Positions 56,841 through 64,000 of a stretch of 64,000 nucleotides of DNA are shown here, one piece after another. Origin of the DNA: Microthyrium microscopicum (taxonomy: Eukaryota); the NCBI GenBank assembly GCA_010405405.1, contig MU004242.1, forward strand, positions 593,751 to 657,750, written 5' to 3'. Below the pieces are notes generated by a model, which did no database searches, was not told the DNA's origin, and worked only from the letters and a program-made list of their open reading frames with translations. The translations under genes were made by a program, and so were the position numbers. Position 1 is the stretch's first letter. Every line of letters begins with the position of its first letter.

Positions 56841-58622
56841 CTACCTTGAAAACATTTTATGCTCGCCGTACCTAAAGCAGTATTTGTTGAAACATTCTAG
56901 ACATATGTCAGACAACCTGGCGTTGCTCTTTTTCATAATCGCGCAAGCCACACAAACATCCCAACCTTTGGGCATTATTGTCCCCTGCCTGGCAGTTTTA
57001 ACACCGTTTTCAATCATCCCATCAATCTCCTCCGCGCTATACTGCACCTTCAAGGTGTCTTGATTGCTTGGATGGCTAAACTCGGCATTTGGTAGGTAGA
57101 TGATTGTCAAAGTATCCGGTTCATCACAACCAAAGAAAACACCTCTTGCATTGAATCCTTTCGTGACGAATTTTTCGGGAGGTGGTATAGTTGGCATGCG
57201 CGTTAGACCAACCTTTCGAGCCCTCAGGAACGTATTGTAGATAGCTGTCCCGTTGGGGAAATGATTGACATCGGCACTGTTGTCATTGACAATCAAAACA
57301 TCGACAGTCTTCGCTCGAGCTGGTTGAATGAATGGCCAGATGGGGCAGTTGTGGTCGGACAACCCTCCATCTGTCAAGAGCAATTCCGCTTCATGTGTCA
57401 CTTCCTTCGACGCATAGCGCATGCGAAATGGGTTTATGTAGGACGCAAACAGATCGTGGACATTTGGTGCTCTAGATCCAGGCATCATCTCTTCCAAGAC
57501 CACAGCTCCGAGGGGACTTATTTCAGATAGAGACATATTGTGGGAACATGCAAACGTGAAGATATTGCTCGAGGTCCCCATGATGTATCCAAGATCGTCG
57601 AAACCAGCCATGCACTCAGGCTTGCCCAAAGGTGCGAGGTTGACCGGCTTACCGTACTTCAGGACTGTCCCAAGATAGGCAGGATCTGTGAACGCATGTA
57701 CTCCTTCGTCCCAGCTTCCCCATTCAAAAGGATGCATCTCTATCTGGGTATTGGAAGGTGATATGTCGCACGGGTGCTCACTGGAAGCAAGAATGGCGGT
57801 CATGATCGGGTATGGAACGGCGTGGTCTTTGAATTTCGACTTCCCAGCCAGGTTGGACAGAGTATTGTTGCTTTGTGTGATTCCTCCCTCAAACAGCTGG
57901 TAAGAGAGTAGCCTGCCCCATGGATCAGTCATTGTGGTGTCGTACCCAGCATTCTCTTTCTGTTGAACATCTTCCCGGATCAAGGCATCATGCTGCATCT
58001 CTTGGGCCAAGTTTGTTCCGGGCACAAATACCCCTTGCGGGAAGCGAGATTTCCAAAGACCGTCTTTCAGAGTTGTAATATTAGGCCAGTCATTGCTTGC
58101 CATTGATGCCACAAGCCAGGCTCCTCCAGACAATCCTGCATGATATGTCAAGGCTTGGTACAAGCCGCCCAGTCCACCGTGGCCCTTGTCTTGTTTCTCT
58201 GTTGAGTCCAAACCCTTGACGACTCCTGCCCCGGCTAGAAGTGCACGATATCCTCCACCACTGCTAGCCAAAGCGACCGATGGGAGTGTAGTCCACTCTA
58301 GTTCGAAATCACCCCAGGGTGGAGGTTTGCTGGCTGAGTCGGGGAAAACCGGTCTCGTCGTTACTTTCCGAAGCCATTCATGCAGTTTTCTGTCTGCATT
58401 CTGCTTCCTGGCTGTGAAGTAGCTCAGTTCTTTTTGGGATATTCCAGAGGCATCCCGAACCAACTGCGTTGAGGCAGGTGGACATTGCACCTGCCTAGGA
58501 GCGTAATCAGGAATTTGACGTTCACGATAGCTGGTGCTTCTGGTGTCTTTGTTTTGAGGTACGGCGATGGTGAGGGTAAGAAGAGGCCATGATGACAACA
58601 AGAGAAGAAACCAGAGAAGCAT
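56841..58622 (-). CDS. Secreted lysophospholipase / phospholipase B (PLA2c domain)
   Basis: Signal peptide MLLWFLLLLSSW...; SGGGYRA, GLSGGAW (catalytic Ser), TDPWGR.LSYQ, P.PIM, E..P.E.GSWD, GTSS, TDGG (catalytic Asp), P.WP..QPAR, C..CF..YC; intronless. Confidence 0.93.
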   Translation of the reverse strand: MLLWFLLLLSSWPLLTLTIAVPQNKDTRSTSYRERQIPDYAPRQVQCPPASTQLVRDASGISQKELSYFTARKQNADRKLHEWLRKVTTRPVFPDSASKPPPWGDFELEWTTLPSVALASSGGGYRALLAGAGVVKGLDSTEKQDKGHGGLGGLYQALTYHAGLSGGAWLVASMASNDWPNITTLKDGLWKSRFPQGVFVPGTNLAQEMQHDALIREDVQQKENAGYDTTMTDPWGRLLSYQLFEGGITQSNNTLSNLAGKSKFKDHAVPYPIMTAILASSEHPCDISPSNTQIEMHPFEWGSWDEGVHAFTDPAYLGTVLKYGKPVNLAPLGKPECMAGFDDLGYIMGTSSNIFTFACSHNMSLSEISPLGAVVLEEMMPGSRAPNVHDLFASYINPFRMRYASKEVTHEAELLLTDGGLSDHNCPIWPFIQPARAKTVDVLIVNDNSADVNHFPNGTAIYNTFLRARKVGLTRMPTIPPPEKFVTKGFNARGVFFGCDEPDTLTIIYLPNAEFSHPSNQDTLKVQYSAEEIDGMIENGVKTARQGTIMPKGWDVCVACAIMKKSNARLSDICLECFNKYCFRYGEHKMFSR

Positions 58623-59383
58623 GATGACTATAGCTGCTTTTGGCAAGCACGACTCGACGTGGGACACGCCTTCCTAAACCCGTCTTCTTTATGGGCGCTC
58701 TTTCCTTCAAGGTAAGGAGCGCTTGACTGAGAGTAACCATATATTGAGTGCAACTTTTGAAATCACTGGGAGCCAAAAACAAACAATTGGATTAATTGGA
58801 CTCTTCATTGACGAGAAGAGCTTTTAGTGGGCTCTAACGTTGAAAATTTCTTTTAGTTTCACAGGATTTTCTAGAGTATTGGAAAATTTCGCTAATGTGG
58901 TTGGGGCCATGTGAAGGCTGAATATTATGAGAAGCAGCTGCTACAACCAACACAATGCTGATTCCCATTGTGATTGCGCGCAGCTTATGACTACATGTAC
59001 ATGAGCCAGCTAATCGGAAGAAGATAGTCATCTTTTCAATATACTGGTCGGCCGGGCTATGAATAAGAGTTTGATCCTATGAAAGAGATCGTGATGTTTG
59101 GGTCACACATCTATAGTGCTTCCATGGGCTCCACAAAGTTGGTGATGATGCTATTCGGAGACTATATTATATCTCCGCTAGTTGTGAGCGCGACTGCGTG
59201 CGGACGGGCATAATCTGGAGAATAATAATATCATTGATGGATAAGCGGTAAAGTTGGCCGTCAAATGCTGGCTGTATGCTAGCAATATACGTTGTCGTGC
59301 ATCGTTGCTCATAAGCTCCAAGTCTATCTACAGTAATTCAGACATTAGTCATAAATGCGCTAAACAATACACGCAAAACGCTT

Positions 59384-60286
59384 TTAGACTTTGTTCTCAA
59401 CCATATCTCTCTTCTTGGGATGCTCTCTTCTTCTCCGTTTACGACAACAACAGCATACTGATGTTTGAAGTAACCATGCAATCAAAGTACAGGCGCTGGC
59501 TATCCACATGAAAGCAAACATCTTCTTCCCAATAGTAGCACCAATATGCAGTTCGGTAACTCCTGTGGCAGCCTTTGTTATAATGACGAAGATGGCAGTC
59601 GCTATGAGTGCTGCAACCGTCGTGCAAAGTGCCGCAAGGAGAGAGAATATTGTTATGAAGCATTGGAGCCATCCATTTCGCATAGAAAAAGGTATGGTTA
59701 TGACCATAAGGAAGTCTAGAAGTAATCCAGTAAGGAACAGCCCAAACATGACCTGAGAGGCGACCTTGAGGATGGTCAGGTATGTGACGACTTGGGTGGG
59801 AATTGCAACTATAATCTGTTAGATCTTGGACGTGGATCAAAGATCATGGTTATACTTACTGGTTGCGCCAGCCAGAAGCTCATTCAAAATGATCGATACT
59901 GGATCGAACCAGTATAAAGTCTCTGGTTTTGAGCATGTTGTAATGCCCTGACCAACATATCCTTCGCAAAAGTTCCATAATCCAACCGAGTAGTAGTCGT
60001 GTAGACCTATTGATTGTGCGATGGTATTGAGCAAGACAGCATCGGGGATAGTAGCGGGCACGATCTGACTCAGATCAAGCTTCAAAAAGTATATCGATGA
60101 AAGGGTAGGTCCGACAGATGTGCTACCGACTTCAACGAGGATAAGGAATATAACAGCAATGAAGAAGAGAAAGGCTGATATGAGTGATACATTTCGAGTT
60201 ACGTGTGACTGCTTTCTGCTGACAGTGCCATTGCCAGTGTCATGTTTCTCTTGGGTGTTCGACTTGGATTTAGAGAAGATGGCCAT
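59384..60286 (-). CDS. SUR7/PalI family membrane protein
   Basis: TM1 then IYFLKLDLS; GLHDYYSVGLWNFCEG...C (claudin-like GLW..C motif); YWFDPV; three more TMs and GKKMFAFMWIA; intron at about 59810-59859. Confidence 0.88.
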
Positions 60287-61006
60287 TCCATACCCCTTGA
60301 ACTAGGGTTGAATAGGAACAAAAATATTTCGAGAGGCTTTGTATTTTGGGAGTGTCGTGCGAAGGTTGCTGGACGGATTGAAGTAGCGTCTTGGTGGGTA
60401 TGGATGAGTTCCTTATGCAAATTTTGACGATGAACGAGATCCAAGGAATCTCGCGGAACTGTTAGCTTGTTGTCGTAGAGACAAACGTATCAATGCATTG
60501 ATAAAGGCATCGGGTGCAGTTTTAGTAGCCTTGCCGTTGGCATGATCCACATAAGCTAATAAAGGGATTCGCTGCTAGATGAGGCCTTGATCCAACCGCG
60601 TAATTTAAGTGGGCCGTGAAGAATCTACGTCATTTTTCTTCATTTTTTACAGGGACAATGCAAGATGGACTGACCATGCAATTGGGTAACATGAGATCTA
60701 GTGGCCCTGGGCATCTCGAGCACTGTTCAGATGCGTCACCAAGACCCATAAAACGGGAGCAACGGGATAAGATGGGAACGAAAATCCTTGGACGCGTCCT
60801 TTGCGGCGGAGTCGAGAAAAATAAATAGTTTTTAGCTCAAAGCGCCTCACATCCTAGCTGTCTACCTGTTACTTCAAATCATACAATTCCTGGCAGCTGG
60901 CTTCCAAACTCAAAATCCATCACTGCCTCTCGTTCACTCTGCCCGTCCTGCCCTTTCCCGTTTGATCGCAACCGCCGAGGGCGATAGCAACGTATCAACA
61001 GTCCAC

Positions 61007-62389
61007 ATGGGGAGCTCGCACATTCTGTGGTGTCTCTGTTTTATACCTCTCGCATTTTCTCAGGCGTTGACGCTTTCTGGAACTAAGGCAATAGGATCGC
61101 TTTCTGGAGACAATGTCATTCCTACGGGTACCCAAGTGACCTATCTTTCATATAGCTCGACACTCACGTTATCTGGTACTGGTTCACAAGCAACTCTTTC
61201 ACTAACCAATACCAACTCAGTAACCAAGCTAAGTGGAGGAGAGTCATCTTTTACCGTTTCGAACTCAACTTTCACCAAGAGTGCGCTTTCAACAAAGACT
61301 TCTTCATCGGCTGCACCAGTGAACACTCAGCCATGCAATGGATATGTCGAGCTGTGTTCGAGAAAGTACTCCAATATTTCCATGGTTGCTGCGCATAACT
61401 TTCCATTCTCAAAGAAAGGGAACGCTGCGAGCAACCAGCAATATGGTGTTACGGATCAATTAAACGATGGGATTCGAATGTGTATGTTGAACTACCTACT
61501 CGGTCTTTTACATCAACTAACACTTTATAGTACAAGGACAGATTCATTACGAAAATAATACCCTTTTCTATTGCCATACATCTTGCGACCTCCTGAATGC
61601 CGGGACGATTCAGTCACAGTTCGAAACAATATATACATGGGTTGAAGCTCATCCATACGATGTTGTCTCGATTCTACTTGGGAATGGAGATTTTACTGAT
61701 GTTGGAAACTTTACAGCTCCCATACAAGCTAGTGGCCTCGGAAAATACGTTTATACTCCTCCACAGATTCCCATGACATTGGACTCTTGGCCAACTCTAT
61801 CAGACATGATCCTTCGACAGACAAGAGTAGTCTTTTTCATGGATTATCAGGCCAATCAAACCCAAGTTCCATACATTCTGGACGAGTTTTCTCAAGTATT
61901 TGAGACACCATTTTCACCAACGAATGCTTCTTTTCCATGCAATGTACAAAGACCTCCGGATCTACCATCAGACCAAGCCAGGAATCGACTCTTTATGGCA
62001 AACCACAATCTCAATGCTGAAGTTAGCTTGCTTGGAGCCAATATCCTGGTCCCAAACACTGCTGTGATCAACCAGACCAACGCAGTCAGTGGAGCTTCGA
62101 GTCTTGGAGCAATGTCAGACACCTGTCTTTGTATGTATATCTAATCCTCATGGCGAGCCAAATGTACTAATTGCCATCAGCTGACTGGGGAAGACCACCG
62201 AATTACCTCTTAGTTGACTACTATAATCTTGGGAATGTCCCTGGGTCGGTTTTCCAGGTCGCTGCGAAGGCAAACGGAGTAACATACAATGGAAAATGCT
62301 GCGGACCAACGTCTGCGGCATCAGTTGTAAGAGCAGATAAAATGGGTATTTGGAGTTTATTGCTCGTGATCTTCATAATATGGGTGTAG
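61007..62389 (+). CDS. PI-PLC-like phosphodiesterase (PLC X-domain fold), secreted, possibly GPI-anchored
   Basis: Signal peptide, S/T-rich linker, CNGY.ELCSR.YSN...AHN.PF, QL.DGIRM|LQ.Q.H, CHTSC.LL.AG, WPTL..MI, YILDEF..FETPF, NHNL, RPPNYLLVDYY, hydrophobic C-terminus; two introns. Confidence 0.88.
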
Positions 62390-62529
62390 CGTTAGTATTT
62401 CATGATCTGATTAGTTATGAGGAATGATTAAATGATACCCAATGATAGAAAGCACATCATGTTCACCGTGGATATCTATCAAAGTCAGGTGAAACCTATG
62501 GAGGCGATCGATTATTGTATTCCAATACT

Positions 62530-63183
62530 CTATGACCCAATCATCTCTACATCGGTAGTAACTGGCTCGGTATTCGATGTGGATTTCCTTCTCGAAGTTG
62601 ACGCAAGGAGTGATGCCCAGAATCCATCCTTTTCTGGATGATCATCCTTTATGGATGTAGTAAATGAGCTGATAATGGGCGTAAATGTACTAAAGGTTTC
62701 TTGCGTTTTGACGTTCCACCTACAGTCGCTAGGAAAGTCGCAATATACTGAGCAGTTTTTATGTGTGCCAGTCTTGCTCTCTACGTTCACAACGTCCCGT
62801 CGCCAATCATTCCAGGTTTTCCAACCACTATAATCAAATTCACTTGAACACGGCGAGTGTGTTATCACTCGTCCCGCTCCACGGGCCGCTGATTTAACAA
62901 CGGTTCTACCTGGGCAGAAATAATGACCACATCCTAGACATCGCCGAGTAACGTCGAATCGGAAGGTATAGTGACATTTATGGCATGTCCAGAGCCAGTT
63001 CATAGGTAATGTAGGTGGTGGTTGTGAAGTTTTGGATGGAAGTAAAGGCAGAGAGGCTTTTTTCCTAACAATAATTGGCTCTATTGGAGAGCGTGGAGAT
63101 GTAGGGGAATCGCATTGGGCAAGCTTAGAACTTTGGTAGGCGATAGGTATCACGGACTTTGGAATTTTGATTCTTCTCCCCAT
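62530..63183 (-). CDS. Fungal Cys-rich (probable zinc-ribbon) hypothetical protein
   Basis: WLWTCHKC...TRRCLGCGHYFC...CSSEFDYSGW..W..WRR...NC...CDFPSDCRW. Confidence 0.7.
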   Translation of the reverse strand: MGRRIKIPKSVIPIAYQSSKLAQCDSPTSPRSPIEPIIVRKKASLPLLPSKTSQPPPTLPMNWLWTCHKCHYTFRFDVTRRCLGCGHYFCPGRTVVKSAARGAGRVITHSPCSSEFDYSGWKTWNDWRRDVVNVESKTGTHKNCSVYCDFPSDCRWNVKTQETFSTFTPIISSFTTSIKDDHPEKDGFWASLLASTSRRKSTSNTEPVTTDVEMIGS

Positions 63184-64000
63184 GATAGGATTGACGAAGA
63201 CCTGCTTCCGTAGATATGGTAGGTGAAAAGGTATCTGATATGACCAAAAATTCAGCCGGCCAATACTGTGAGGTTTGATACCAGCGGTAAGGGAGACTTT
63301 TTATGTTGACTAATTTAAAAAAAAAACATCAAAGAACTCGCTTCAAGATTTCGGGTAGCAACAATGAAATTTCTTTGTGCATTTGCACCACGTGGTAGAG
63401 GTCTTTTTAGGCAAGAACAAGGATCTATGAGGAGCAGCAACCACTTGCCCTGCAACTACACCAAACACATTTCGGCTTCAGAGGTGCGCATCTAATAATT
63501 TTCATATTCGTCAAGATCAAAAACAATGCTGGTTTGAAATGAATTGACTGCGACCATGGGCAGATGACATTTGACTAGTAAGAATGGTAGTGTCTTGAAA
63601 AATCAACAATTCGCTGACCTTTGATACCGGTAGATTCAGCACTATCAAGCTACATCACAATTCAAGTAGGAGGATTAATTCAGGGTGAAGATACCCTTGG
63701 CTATGCTACGAGAGAGGGTATCTACCCATTACTCCTAACTGACAAAGACAACAATCCATTGCTGCAGAAGTTCGAAGGGAATACAGTGTGCCTGTAGAAG
63801 GAACTGGCCACCCAATTACAGCCAGACAGTGAAGAAACACTCCTTGTCGCCATCCTCATGCCAGAGGAGAAAGAACCATGATTCGATTTGCCGAGTCAGG
63901 GGTTCGCCATTTTGTAAAGACACTCCTGGTTAACGCCCAACAAAGACGCATTAAGAGGATGATGATGGAGACTCTCGGCGCTCAAATAGATATGATTGCG

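Noticed and set aside
63660..64000. Coding-like sequence at the window end
   Set aside because: Frames are interrupted by stops, no family recognised, and the region is truncated by the window edge

Overview
Fungal (filamentous ascomycete-type) genomic DNA: short GT-AG introns with CTAAC/CTGAC branch sites and strong RIP signatures. Conserved genes (SUB1/PC4, a BRCT protein, quinone oxidoreductase, LPD1, RPN12, TPS2, VAC14, phospholipase B, SUR7/PalI, PI-PLC-like, tRNA-Pro) flank an accessory-looking block at about 15-36 kb. That block holds three divergent paralogs of an orphan helical protein, a frameshifted F-box gene and a coiled-coil RBR E3 ligase with an extra RING-like domain. Divergent from the RBR gene, across a RIP-destroyed full-length LINE, is a Vps4-family AAA+ ATPase whose MIT domain appears replaced by a GP-repeat domain and three ZZ-like zinc fingers. 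Other repeats are a RIP-mutated Mutator/MULE element (75-bp TIRs, 9-bp TSD) between divergent TPS2 and VAC14, a ~240-bp hairpin MITE family (two clear copies, one degenerate) and a decayed alpha/beta-hydrolase pseudogene. All calls come from motif recognition by eye; no database searches were run.
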